A stretch of 34,344 nucleotides of DNA from positions 1 through 34,344 of the forward strand of contig JAUCBJ010008025.1 of the NCBI GenBank assembly GCA_032718475.1, read 5' to 3'. The position numbers were made by a program, and so were the translations under genes. The notes beneath the pieces are model-generated. The model saw nothing but the letters and a program-made list of their open reading frames with translations, did no database searches and was not told where the DNA came from. The stretch is from Nemertoderma westbladi (lineage: Eukaryota > Animalia > Xenacoelomorpha). Numbering within the stretch: the first letter of the stretch is position 1; each line of letters begins with the position of its first letter. Shown here one piece after another: positions 10,781 to 23,105 of this stretch.

Positions 10781-11149
10781 ATTGGCCAACCAAAGTTTGA
10801 GAGAGGACAGAGAGAGAGAGAGAGTGGGTAAGCATATGCAGGATGATATGCATACCCGGTTGAGGGGACTTATGCAATACCAGGCGAAGCAAAAGCGCTG
10901 GTTAGAACTGGCAAAGTTGGGATTATCGGAGAGTGAGGCTGGTTTGGGTAGTATTTATGAGGAACCCGAAGTAATGGAAACCTTTGTTAATACCCCACTT
11001 ACAGGCACCGGACGACAGACCCAGGACTGGTGTAACCGTACGGGCGGGGGGGTAATAATAATACGTTAGAAGGAATTAATATTAATAGTACCGTAGTAGA
11101 CAACCCTAATCAAACCTTTGTTGCAGGAAATAATATTTTACCCGGTAAT

Positions 11150-11410
11150 AATAATAATACTAATTTAAATGTGCAAAATAATCCAAATAATACAAATTTA
11201 AATGTGCAAAATAATCCAAATAATACTAATTTAAATGTGCTAAATAATCCAAATAATACTAATTTAAATGTGCAAAATAATCCAAATAATACTAATTTAA
11301 ATGTGCAAAATAATCCAAATAATAATACTAATTTAAATGTGCAAAATAATCCAAATAATAACCCTAATTCTGAACAAAATAATTTAAATAATTTAAATAA
11401 CTTAGATAAC
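11150..11410 (+). repeat. 30-bp coding repeat (NNPNNTNLNVQ-like, Asn-rich) in gag
   Basis: About six aataatccaaataatactaatttaaatgtgcaa-type units. The related array at 2965-3170 has fewer, different units. Confidence 0.85.
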
Positions 11411-13548
11411 AATGTCGCGTCAAATAATAATCCCAAGGAAATTAATCCAAATAATATTATTGATAACGGTGCTATTAATACAAACGTAGGGGAGACATGT
11501 GGTCTGGCCAGCGAGAGCCTGCAAGGCCATGTAGTTACGCAGGGAGTAGCGGGGGTGAGTCAACCCAACGGGAGCCTGCAAGGATGGCAAGGTGCAAGCC
11601 TGTATGACAGGTTGACGCCGTGAGCGGGCAAGCGACAGGACGTCGAGCCCAGTCGGAAGACGGAAGAAGAGCAGTGGAGTTTATCCGGGAGGTCGAAGCG
11701 AGATCTCATGAAGGGGATCGCTACACTGAAGAGAGAAGAAGTGAAGAGAATAGAAGAAGCGTTGCTACGAGCAACCGGAGAGGAAGGACTGACAGTGAAC
11801 CGTCGGTAGCAGAGATGGAGTTAGAGAGTCAGTGGGGTCGAACTCCGGGAGATTGCCATCGCTCCGTAGAGACACAGCCTGGTGAGATATACCACACACC
11901 AGGAGAAGGGTACAGGATGTACCGGTACGAGGACGAGGACAGGAGAGGGGATCGAAGAGAAACTTCCCGATGAGACATAGCAGCCAATTGAGAGTACGGT
12001 GGTCGCGGGGGGGACTTCTTGGAATATTCGAGAAGATTAAACTTCGGTCCGGAAGGACACAGACAGACTGCAGGACATACTGTAGACCTTACTGCACATA
12101 CTATAGGCCATGCTGGAAGAGATAGTGTAGGCGATAGGGTAACGCGGGCAACGGGATTAGACCCAGAAGTCGCGGCATACATACCGGTAGATAGGCAAGG
12201 AGTGGATAGGCCTATACCGGTACCTGCACACCAGTATGACTATAATATGCAGGGACATAACATATACCCAGGGGAGGGGGGAGCTATTGCTGATAGATGC
12301 TTAGGCATAATAGATGATAACATGATAACATGATAACATGATAACATGATAGATGCATTACCCCAATGATATATCCGACGCAAAGGAGGTCGACAGCCCG
12401 ACTGGGCGAACCGCAGCCAGTAGCAGGGGAATCTGTACAGCATCCATCGAGCGCACTAGAAGTACAGGCGATGGGAATGGTGACACTCATTGACGCGCTT
12501 AAAACCAGGATCGCGCTGCCACCAGTGGAGCCGTTTAAATTCGATGGAAGCAAACCGGAGGAATAACTGCAATTCCGGCGTATGTACAGTAACAAGATAT
12601 TGACAAAGAATCTGACGCAGGTGGAGTGCCTAAAATACTTACAAGTTTACACAGGGGGGCCAGCATACAATATCATAAGGCAGTACCAAGGTATCGAGGG
12701 TGGATTCACGACTGCATGGCGGGCCCTAGACAGGGAATTCGGACACCCAGCTAAGATCATCCGGCAAACCTTGAGGGGAATAACATCAGGTGGACTATAA
12801 GATAACCCTGTCAGCATCAAGACTTTTGCGAATAAAGTCGAAAAGGCGCTGATTGTGCTGAAGACCTTGGATGCGCCTTACGAACTCAACGCATCGAATA
12901 ACATCACCACAATAGCGCAGGCACTGCCGATCTGGCTAAGAAATAAGTGAGGAAGATCGCCTTCTCCACCCAGGAGAAGAAAGGTGCGGAACCAGGCCTA
13001 GAGGAAGTGTCGAACTTCCTCAATTACGAGGCAGAACTAATCACAGAGCCAGTCTACAGCGAGGATTGTCTGGGGAGGGCGCCGAGAACCGAATACAACA
13101 GGCCAAAACCAGAACATAGTGTGGCAAATGCATTACCAAAGTTAAGACAGTCGCTACCATACGCGGCGACGCAGGGGACTGCAAGTCCACAGATAGCCGG
13201 GGGTAGGGCCACACCGTGGCTTGAACAGGGACAAAATAATAACACGAACAAATATAACCCCAACACGCCCAGTAGGCCAAACCCAAACAATAAGAACACT
13301 ATATAGCTAAGTATGAATATACGTGCAATACGCAATGCGCTGTATAGAGAAGGCTATAATCCAAGAAACAAATGCCAATTACACTCGAATGCACTCCATC
13401 AGACTATGAACTTCAAGTATTGGCAGGCGTTGCCCAAACAAGATCAGGTAGAATATGCAGACAGAAGTGGAATCTGTCATCGATGTGTGGTAGGTCGACA
13501 TAAAGTTGAACAGTGTGAGGAGACGCAGGAGAAGGCAAAGGTCAAACG

Positions 13549-16500
13549 ATGGCGACAAGCACCATAGGGGTGAAGAGAAGGGGAACGGTAGTACTCGGGG
13601 TGGTACCGGTGAGGGTGATAGGAGAAAGCGGCCGATCAGTCACGACACTGATGCTGGTCGACAGCGGAGCAGCCTTCACGCTGGTGGAGAATTGGGTGGC
13701 CGAGGAGATAGGGTTACAGACGACGCCGAGTAGTACTATCTCGAGCAAGGATGAGGTCCTAGAGATGAGAACGGGACGGTGCAAGATATCAGCAATAGCA
13801 CCAGGATGTGATTATGGGGCGACCATCGACCCCATTCAAATAATAGAATCGATCAATATAAACACCAGGCGACCCACTAGGATCGAGGTCGAGCAATACC
13901 AGTTCCTGGATGATATCGATTTCTCAATACTGGAAGTGGACGTCTCGAAGGTATCCATCATAGTCGGAATGGGATGTCCGACGGCCCACGAGTGAGTACG
14001 GACCATATTTGGAGAGAATAAACAACGGGATCCAATGGCGATTCTTACAACGTTCGGATGGACGCTTAGCGGCCCAATTAAAACCAAGATTCCATTCAGC
14101 GTGTCGGAGACATCAGGGTGCATGTCTGCAGGGACAATGAGGGAGATGGAGGACGAAGGAGCAGAGGAGCAACTTAAGAGGCTGCTGAGGCAGGACTTCG
14201 CAGGATTAAATGAGGCCGGGGTCAGAACCTCGGTAGAAGATAAACAAGCTATAGAGAGCGTGAAGGAATCAATGAAGTGCGAAGGGGGACGGTACACCAT
14301 AGGAGTGGTGTAGAAACAACCAAAGGTACCGTTGCCAGATAACAAAGGGATGGTACTCACGAGGCTTCGCAAACTGAAACAGACGCTCAGACGGAGCCCC
14401 GAGAAGGATGAGTATATCCACAAGACGATCAGGAAATACATTGAGAAGGGGTAGGCCGTGGAGTTACCGGTTGATGAGCCAAACACGGACAGAACCTACT
14501 ATCTGCCACTGCATGTGGCTGTAGATCCAAAGAAGGGTAAACTGCGGATGGTGGTCGATGCATTGGCCAAAACGAATGGCAAGAGCCTAAACGACTATCT
14601 GCTGGAGGGCCCCAACATCTTCAACTCGGGGATAGAGGTCTTGTTGAGATTCAGAAATGGGAGGCACTCCTTCACCAGCGACATTGAAGGCATGTTCAAC
14701 CAAGTCCGTGTGACGGAAGAAGACAGCGACAGTCAGCGCTTCCTATGGTACAATGGCGATGAAGAACCGTCTGAGATACTGATGTACAAAATGGTGGTGC
14801 AAAACATGGGGGCCAAGTCGTCCTCATTCACAACGACTACGGTTGTGAGAGATAAGGTAGAGGGCAAACAAGGAGAGTATAGTGCGAAGGCAATCGACAT
14901 GTTTCGATGCGGTTTCTATGTAGATGACGGGATGGGATCTGGAAACACGGTTGAAGAAATACTGGAGATAGGGCGCGAGGTTAGCGACATCCTAAAAGGA
15001 TCTGGGTTGAACCTTACTAAGTTCCAGTCCAGCTCAGAGGAATTCATGAAGGCCATAGAAGACAAACTACCAGAGTCGACCATGGACAACCCCACGACGG
15101 TAAAGGGACAGGTTATGGCGAACAAGAGAGTGGAGTCACAGCAAAAGGCCTAGGGATCGTGTGGAACCGGGAAACGGATGAGTTGGAGTATCAACTAAGC
15201 CAAGAGGGTGCAGAGATCCACACTAAGCAGGGCTATGTATTGTACATATATATATGTATTGCAAGGATATACGATCCCCTAGGCCTAGCATCCCCATTGT
15301 TAGTCACCGGGAAGCAGATACTAAAGAAAGTATATAAGTTAAAGGATGAGTGGGATACGGAGATTCCGGAAGAAATAAGTAGACAGTGGAGTAAGTGGAT
15401 GGGGAGTCTAGAGGAGATGGGGACGTACAGCATGCCACGTGTGTATTTCCCGGACAGAGACATGACGGACCTGGATCTACACATGTTTTCCGATGCATCC
15501 TTGGAAGCATATGGAGCAGTACTTTATTTGGTACAGCGAAAGGGGGCTCATAAGCCCAGACTTGCATTTAGTAAAGCAAAGTTGACGCCACCAGATTCAG
15601 CATCAGTGCCGAAACTCGAGCTGACAGCTGTGAGGTTAGGAGTGAGGGCCACAGCTTACTTGATGGACACTATACCCCACATAGTGGAGACACACTATTG
15701 GACGGACTCCATGGTAGTGTTAGGGTGGCTACATAACGAGAAGTCGAGATACCCTATATTCGTCGTGAATAGGGTAGACGAGATAAGGGCGATGACTGAC
15801 CTAGAATGGTGACATTACTGCCCTACCGACGACAATCCAGCAGATCTGTTATCGAGGGGCATTGATCGCCGCACTTTCTCAAAGAAGGAAGAGTTGTGGC
15901 AGCACGGGCCACACTTCCTTAACGATAGATCGGCCTGGCCACCAATGAGGAAGGTGGACCCTGGCTCAGAGGAAATAGTAGTAGGAGAGGAGGGGGAAGA
16001 CTCAGAAGGGGAAGAGATATACAGCCAGTTGGTGAGGGAGATCAAGGAAGTGCTACCGAAATCAGAAGAACCATGCAATAATCCGACGGACAGGTTGCTC
16101 AGTTACAGCTCCAGCTGGTATAAGACTAAGAAGTTGGTAGCGTATTGAAGGGCCTACGGGGATTTCCTTAGGGGAGTTGGCAAGGATGCCAAAAGAAAAC
16201 CAACCATCGATCTGGAAGGAGTGGCTAAAGCCGTAATACGATACAAGCAAAGAAAGGAGTATGCAACGAAGTGGACAGAGTCAGCAAGCAACAACACCTT
16301 CATCAAGACAGCAAACTCAACACGCTGTCCCCGCAGTTGAATGATGACGGGATTCTGGTGATGAATTCCAGAGTGGTGAACAACAACAGCTTAGTTATCC
16401 CACCGAAAGCCATAATAATCCCCAATAAATCACCAATAGTCCACCAGATCATATGGGACTCGCATAAATCGATACTACACGGAGGCACGAATCACACCCT

Positions 16501-17570
16501 CACGGAGATACGAAGGACGTTCTGGATCACCCAACTTAGGAAGAAGGTGAAGGCGGTAGTGGGGCAGTGCCAGACGTGCCGACGGACGAGAAAAGAGAGG
16601 GCCATACAGGAGATGGCGCCATTACCGGCCAACAGAGTGAGACAACACGACCCGCCATTCACGCACTGCGGCGTGGACATGCTCGGGCCGATTAAGATAA
16701 AGGTGATGCGGCACACAGAGAAACGCTACGGCATTATCTTCGTCTGCAACAACACAAGAGCGGTGGGAATAGAACTTGCTCAGGATGCTACGGCATTGGC
16801 ATTTATTAATGCCTTAGAAAGGTTTGTAAGCTGCAAAGGGGGAACGCTTAAGGTGATATATTCGGATAACAGGACTCACTTCGTGGGAGCAGAGAACGAG
16901 TTGGCCGAGGCCTTCGACATCCTAGAGGGAGAAGATGTCAGGGCGGCTATGAGAAAACAGCAAGTAAAGTGGGAAAGGAGAACGCAGTACGCGCCACATA
17001 CATTAGGGTGTGTAGAGAGACTTGTCGGAAGACAAGACTTTAATGACCAAACTGATGAACAACCACATGGTCACAGAGGACATATTAAGAATGGTGCTAG
17101 CCAAGTGTGAGGGAATCATTAATAGCAGACCGCTATATCCAGAGAATGACGACCCGGAATCACTGGACGTGCTTACACCAGGACATTTTCTAATGGAGAG
17201 GCCGGCGATGATCGACATGCGGGAGTGGACCCCAGATGACATACAGTCCCATCAAAGCTGAAAAGTCGCCAAGGCAATAAGTGCGGAGTATTGGAGGAGA
17301 TGGGTAGAAGAATATCTTCCAACATTGCATAGGAGAAGTAAGTGGAGAAACACCAATAGGGAGTTGAAGAAGGGTGACTTGGTAATCGTCACTGACGACA
17401 CAATTATCAATAACCAATGGAGACTAGCGAGAGTGGTAGATACTTACCCCAACGAGGATGGAAGAGTCCGGTCAGTGGAAGTGAGAATAGGAGGCAAGAT
17501 AGGAGCCAAAGATAGGAAGACCTACAGGAGGGCTGTGGGAAAGTGCTGCCTATTGGAAGGGGCACCTTAG
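13549..17570 (+). pseudogene. pol: BEL pol: aspartic protease, RT, RNase H, integrase (disrupted)
   Basis: Protease LVDSGA. RT YYLPLH, KLRMVVDA, SLNDYLLEGP, DIEGMFNQV, FYVDD. RNase H FSDASLEAYG, PKLEL, TDSMVVL. Integrase HGG..CQTC, GVDMLGP, YSDN, ERLV, LTPGHFL. C-terminal W.LARV...DG.VR.V. Many in-frame stops. Confidence 0.95.
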
Positions 17571-17853
17571 AGTTTAGTCGTCCAATATGTTGGACTGAGG
17601 GGGGTGGGAATGAGGGCAAGACGCCCTTCCCACACAAAAAATATAAAAAAAATAATAAGCAAATAATAAAAAAAGAAGCGAGATAGTAGAAAGTTAGAAA
17701 GTAATAGTAGTAGATAGTATGTAGCACTAAGTAGTAGTTAGAAGTTAGGGAGTGTGGTATATAGACATACCACGAGAGTAGTAGTAGTAGTACCGGAGTA
17801 GCAGGGTACATAGTACCGAAAGAGGTAGAGGTTAGAAAAGTTAGGGAGTGTGG

Positions 17854-19945
17854 ACTGGGAAAAACTCAGAACTGACAATGTTGTAAAGGATGCTTATACA
17901 GTAGAAGTTCAAAACCGCTTTGAAGCACTTCAGTCAATGGATGAAGAACAATCCACCAATTCAATATACCAGAATATAATAACAGCCCACAAGGAATCAG
18001 CTAAGAGGCATATCCCCCAGAAACCCAAACGAAAACAATATGTGCCATGGCAAAACTCTGAGGTTACTTGTAAGAGAGAAGATCTTAAGATAGCCTACAA
18101 AGTTAAAACCGAACAACCAACAACCGAAAACATTAACAAGGTTGAGAAAGCTAAGGACGATCTTAAATTGGCCTACAACATCAGCCAGGAAAAGTACATA
18201 CAGGATAAAACTGAAGCAATTACAACTGCTCACATACAGCAACAATCAAGACTTACCTGGCAAACTGTAAATGAGGTATCTGGTCGGAATAGTTGTGCAA
18301 AGGGGCGCCTCAAAGCCGATAGTCCTGAAGAACGTGTTGGGAAGTGGAAAAATCACTTCAGCAACTTGCTTGGGCAGCCACCAAACATCGAGGTCAGCCC
18401 TACAAGGAAAATATATGACAAGACACTACCTATAGAAACAGGGAACTTCACACCTGCCGAACTCCAAAGAAGCATTAAAAGCATGTCTAATAATAAAGCG
18501 AGTGGATTAGATGAAATCCCGGCGGAGGTATGGAAAACCGGAGTGCTAAACAGACCATTATTGAATGTTTGCAACCGGGTGTTAAAAGGGGAAAAGCCAC
18601 CACCAATTTGGACTAAAGGTCAACTAAAGCCTCTCCCCAAGAAAGGAGACCTCGGCATACCAACAAACTATCGTGGGATCTGTCTGCTTGTGGTAGCTGC
18701 CAAAATATACAATAAAATGATTCTATATAGGATTAGACCTCACATAGAGAAACTACTGCGTAAGAGCCAAAACGGATTTCGACCAAGTAGATCAACAATA
18801 GCTCAGATACTTGCACTACGGAGACTGATTGAAGGAATTAAGTCAAAGAATCTCCCCGCTGTCATGACTTTTGTGGACTTCAAGAAGGCATTCGACTCCA
18901 TCCATAGAGGTAAAATGCTTGAAATCCTAACAGCTTATGGAATACCAGAAGTAATTGTTGCTGGCATTGGATTGTTATATTGTGACACAGAAGCGCAGGT
19001 ACTCTCACCAGATGGTGAAACTGAGTTTTCTCAATCCTGGCTGGCGTACTGCAAGGTGACACATTGGCACCATTACTATTTGTAATTGTGCGGGATTACG
19101 CAATGAGGACGGCCACAAAGGGTGAAGACCTGGGATTCACACTTCAAGAACGCAGAAGTAGTAGATATCCGGCAACTACAGTAACAGACACCGACTTTGC
19201 GGATGACATCGCCCTGCTCTCTAATACCCTAGCAGATGCACAGCTTCTACTAAATAAAGTGGAGAGGGCTGCTAAGGAGGTTGGATTGCATATAAATGCT
19301 ACAAAGACCGAATTCATGACCTTTAATGTTGATGGAAACTTGACAACCATTGATAATAATCAACTAAGGAAGGTCGATGACTTCCAGTACCTTGGATCAC
19401 GAATAGAGAGTAGCAAAAAGGACATAGAAGTTAGGAAAGCAAGGGCTTGGGTAGCTCTATCAAAAATGGATACCATCTGGAAATCAGATCTCTCCAGGCA
19501 CCTGAAGACTAAGTTCTTTCGAGCCACAGTGGAAAGTGTATTTTTATATGGGGGTGAGACATGGACACTGACTAAATCACTTGAACAACGAATTGATGGT
19601 TGCTACACAAGACTACTAAGGGCAGCCCTAAACATCAGCTGGAGACAACACATGACAAACGCCGAGCTTTATGGTACAATACCACCTGTATCAACCACCC
19701 TCTGTGAACGCAGATTAAGATTCAGTGGGCACTGCTGGCGAAGTAATGACGAGGTCATACCAGATCTACTTTTCTGGCAACCAACTCATGAAAAGCGTAG
19801 TCGTGGACGACCGGCCATAACATATATAGATCAACTTGAAAGGGATACTGAACTTAGGAGAAACGAAATTGCGACAACTATGGAGAATCGGGAAGCCTGG
19901 AAGGATCTCATTTCCACAGTCCGAGTTCGCTCGACCTAGTAGTAG
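17854..19945 (+). mobile_element. RTE-clade LINE family B, 5'-truncated, inserted in the BEL 3' UTR
   Basis: RT motifs PKKGDL, QNGFRP, DFKKAFDS, DFADDIAL, YLGS, RLRFSGHCWR with a single frameshift at about 19028. (TAG)n tail. TSD TAGGGAGTGTGG at 17842-17853 and 19946-19957. Confidence 0.95.
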
Positions 19946-20649
19946 TAGGGAGTGTGGTATATAGACATACCACAAGAGTAGTAGTAGGGTACGTAGTACC
20001 ATAAGAGTTAGAAGTTGTGGGCACTGAGGGCGCCATGTAAGTAAGTAGGAAGGTAGATATAATAATAGCACAGACAGGGGGGAACAAAAAAAAATAAATA
20101 AAATAAAGTTAGGGGACTAATTGACTAGAACTGCAGGACGAGACGTAGACGGATCCCACTAACATGATGCGCACATGCATGGGACCCAATAAGTGTATGG
20201 AGAATGAAAACGAAAATGGGGATTCGGGGGAAGAATGGAGAGGAGGTGTTGATAGATGAGGGAGTGAAAGGAGTGCAATTCGAGTGTGGGGAGAGAGCAG
20301 TAAGAGAGAGAGCAAAGGACAATGAGGTCCGTGAGACAGAGAGTAAGGGACAACGAGGTCCGTGAGAGAGAGAGTAAGGGACAGAGAGGTCCGAGAGTGA
20401 GATCAGAGTGAGGACGTAGAAAATTGTGTGAAAAGAGAGCACAATTGTCTTGAACAGAGACACCAGATACCTTGGTGCAACATAGCTCGCGATTGCACCA
20501 AGGAGGGGTAGTAATAACATACCCAGGGGGCGGCCTTGAAAGCCGACCCCAACAAAAGAACTCCACCCCCTGCCCGATATTAGATTGGGTTCCAGCGGAA
20601 TTGAAGCGCACTTAAGGTTGATGCTATCTTCTCACCGGGAAGATAGCAT

Positions 20650-20660
20650 GGGGGGGGGAG
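20650..20660 (+). promoter_or_regulatory. Polypurine tract
   Basis: GGGGGGGGGAG immediately before the 3' LTR. Confidence 0.9.
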
Positions 20661-21337
20661 TGTAAGCGGATTCAATTCCACTTCATTACCCGCCAGAAAA
20701 TGGGGCCAGTGGCATTTTACTAATATAGTTGGGGATACGAGATTACCAATAATTATCTCGCCTCATAACCAACTTTGGGGGGGGGGGGGGGCGACACAAG
20801 CCCTAAAGCCACAGAGAGAGGTGAGAGGTCAAACCACCTCAAAGGGAGAACACAGCTAGTAGAGGCTAGCAGCGGGGGGAAACACTCAGGGAGTGTCAAA
20901 GTGACAATTATTATATTAGCCAATAGCGGGGAGGGAAGCACGTGATTAGAGATAGGAAAGCGTCCAATTGGTACAGAGGGCCAAGTACAGTAAGAGGTGA
21001 AACCAATATCTGTGTGTATCAATCATATATTATTCTGCATTACTGATTTACCGGTCAGTTCATTAGTTACAGAGTTGCAGACCGGTCATAGTTTATGACC
21101 ATCACCACCACTAACATCACCAATTAATCTGTGTATTTTCTGCTGTCACTGATTTACCGTGATATTCATCACTGATTTACTGATTGTGTTATTATCGTTC
21201 GGAGTATAAATATTGAGAATCAGAAACTCTATTGTTTTTCCCCGACGGCCTTCGGCCAAACCGACCCAGTGCAACTGCCCAGCAGAACGGTGACGCGTAC
21301 AAATCTAACCCGGTCGGGATCTCAGGATCCCGTCACA
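20661..21337 (+). repeat. 3' LTR (677 bp)
   Basis: TGTAAGCGG...GTCACA, with about 27 substitutions plus a few indels versus the 5' LTR (manual count). Confidence 0.97.
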
Positions 21338-21394
21338 TTGGGGGAATGGACCACCTTTTTTTAAATTTCTTGAGGGATTCTCTTTTGTCCTTGC

Positions 21395-21692
21395 TCTTGC
21401 TGAAGACTTAGGAGTACTCTCAGAATCACTAGAGGGAGCCCAACGGCTCCTTAGCTCATTAGAACAGGCCAGCAGGCTGTTTCTAGTGTTGCGCTTTTTG
21501 TTAACACCAAAAAGACCAAAATTGTGACAGCTGACTTAGAAAGTCCTCAGGGAATCTCTGATCGAATGAGCAAAAGCTCAAAGGATGGTATGCTTATACG
21601 AAAGGATGATAGGGAGTTTTGGCGGCACAACTTTGTTGATAAAGCCGGCATAGCATTCCTAATGCACGCTGCATTGGGCTTGCCAATTGTAG
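21395..21692 (+). mobile_element. Degraded RTE-A piece (post-catalytic RT segment joined to 3' end)
   Basis: Translates AEDLGVLSESLEGAQRLLSSLEQ...VNTKKTKIVT. 21605-21692 matches the RTE-A 3' end (gatagggagtt..ggcgg..caa.tttgttga.aa.ccggca.agcatt). Confidence 0.7.
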
Positions 21693-21724
21693 ATTACTTG
21701 ATGGTGGCGAATATGTAGATTGCA

Positions 21725-21905
21725 GCGATTCTGCAAGGAGCATCGGTGTTATTATGGATGCAGACCTTACTCTTGAGAAACACATCTGCTTGGTTGTTCG
21801 TGAATCCTTCTATCATCTTAGAAACTTGGCCAAATTGAGACGTTTCTTTCCGAGACGAGAACTTGAGACTCTCATTCACGCTTTTATTAGCAGCAAACTA
21901 GATTT
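21725..21905 (+). mobile_element. L2-clade LINE fragment
   Basis: GVIMDADLTLEKHI...SFYHLRNLAKLRRF....LETLIHAFISSKLD, a characteristic L2 post-RT segment. Confidence 0.8.
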
Positions 21906-22084
21906 AACTCTAAGCTCCTGGTTGTCCCACGATTTCTTCTTGACAACTACGGTAAACGTGCTTTTTCGGTATCCGCTCCATTATTAGTGTGGAAAGCCTT
22001 ACCTCTAAACTTGCGTTCAAATGAATCATTGGACTAATTCAAGAAACGGTTAAAAACACATTACTTTCAAATTGTGTATAATCA

Positions 22085-22345
22085 ATAACACAGGCAGGTT
22101 TTTGTTACGCGAATGATATCATCATAATAACTCCAAATACATCCATTTTATACAACAGTATGTCATTTTTTAACGTTTTTACCGTATAAGTAACTTTAAT
22201 TTTACTTACTTTATTTTATTTATTTTTTTACGGCACTCCTTTTTTTACGGCACTCCTGTTCAGTTTACGGTGATAATAACTCTAAAGTATATTCATTTTA
22301 CATAACAGTGTGTCAGTTTTTAGCGTTTTTACCGTATGTTTAAAT
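22085..22345. repeat. Diverged tandem duplication of about 90-bp AT-rich unit
   Basis: ataataactc.aaa...catttta.a.aacagt.tgtca.ttttta.cgtttttaccgtat occurs at about 22125-22190 and 22273-22338. Confidence 0.6.
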
Positions 22346-23019
22346 AAATAAAATAAATATATTATCTCAGCTACTTTTCAACGTATTTTAGGTTGTGTTA
22401 CATATTATGGATCCTTACATAGCATAGTCAGCTTTCTAACTGTACCAATAAATCACTACAAGGTTGAAGAATAACTGCCGTGTAACTGGTGCAATATCGA
22501 CGGAGACACTTTCTCTAAACGCTTGTAGCTAAAAAATGAAAGCAAAAATAAAAATTCTGGCCCACCCAGTCAGTGGTCGGGAAGTGAAACTCTCTCTGTT
22601 TCAAATTCATGCAATCTCAATAAGATTTGTAGAAAAAAATTTTGGGGTGGGGTTCAGGTATCTGAATAAAGACACTACTATATTCCAAGACAAGTTGTGT
22701 AAAATAGTTGTAATTGGTTGTGTGGTGCAGGTATGGTGGAGAAGAACCAAGAAAGTGTCACAGTGGACAATTGGTTGAGGGGCCAATCAAACATTCCATA
22801 TTAATGACGTATTTTATGGTTTTTCATGAATTATTTGACTTGGCACACCTGAACCTGATTGCAATCAATTCGTTACGCAAACCATATCGCTTAAACAATA
22901 TTTATATAATATAAATTGTTTTGTTTCATAATGTTATAATTTTACGACTTTTATCTCCCAATGAGAATGTAACAATATAATGAGGATGTAACAAATACAG
23001 GATTTCCGTTTGGAAATTG

Positions 23020-23105
23020 CTACTACTACTACTACTAGGATCGGCATGCTGCATTGCAGCTGCATTTTTAAGAATGCTGTGCCGGCTTATCGACAAAATT
23101 GCACC
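23020..23105 (-). mobile_element. Short RTE-A 3' end
   Basis: (CTA)6 followed by ggatcggcatgctgcattgcagctgcatttttaagaatgctgtgccggc. The 7-mer aaattgc occurs on both sides. Confidence 0.9.

Larger units (their letters stand above)
9931..13530 (+). pseudogene. gag: BEL gag region (long low-complexity N-terminus, capsid-like core, Zn knuckles), frameshifted
   Basis: LPPVEPFKFDG...CLKYLQVYTGGPAYNII...LDREFGHP core at about 12510-12760 and knuckles CQLH..H / CHRC...H....C at 13370-13520. Multiple stops and frameshifts. Confidence 0.85.
8859..21337 (+). mobile_element. Full-length BEL/Pao LTR retrotransposon (decayed, Suzu/Sinbad-like)
   Basis: Two TG..CA LTRs, TTGGG TSD (8854-8858 / 21338-21342), a polypurine tract, and BEL-type domain order Gag-PR-RT-RH-IN. 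Confidence 0.97.

Noticed and set aside
17738-17835. Hammerhead ribozyme in the duplicated hairpin unit
   Set aside because: No CUGANGA core on either strand.
19020-19035. Programmed frameshift in RTE-B
   Set aside because: One base is missing in a T-run, and the 6575 copy has the extra base. This is a mutation or a sequencing error.
17850-19939. Extra (env-like) ORF of the BEL element
   Set aside because: It is an RTE LINE insertion with its own TSD and tail.
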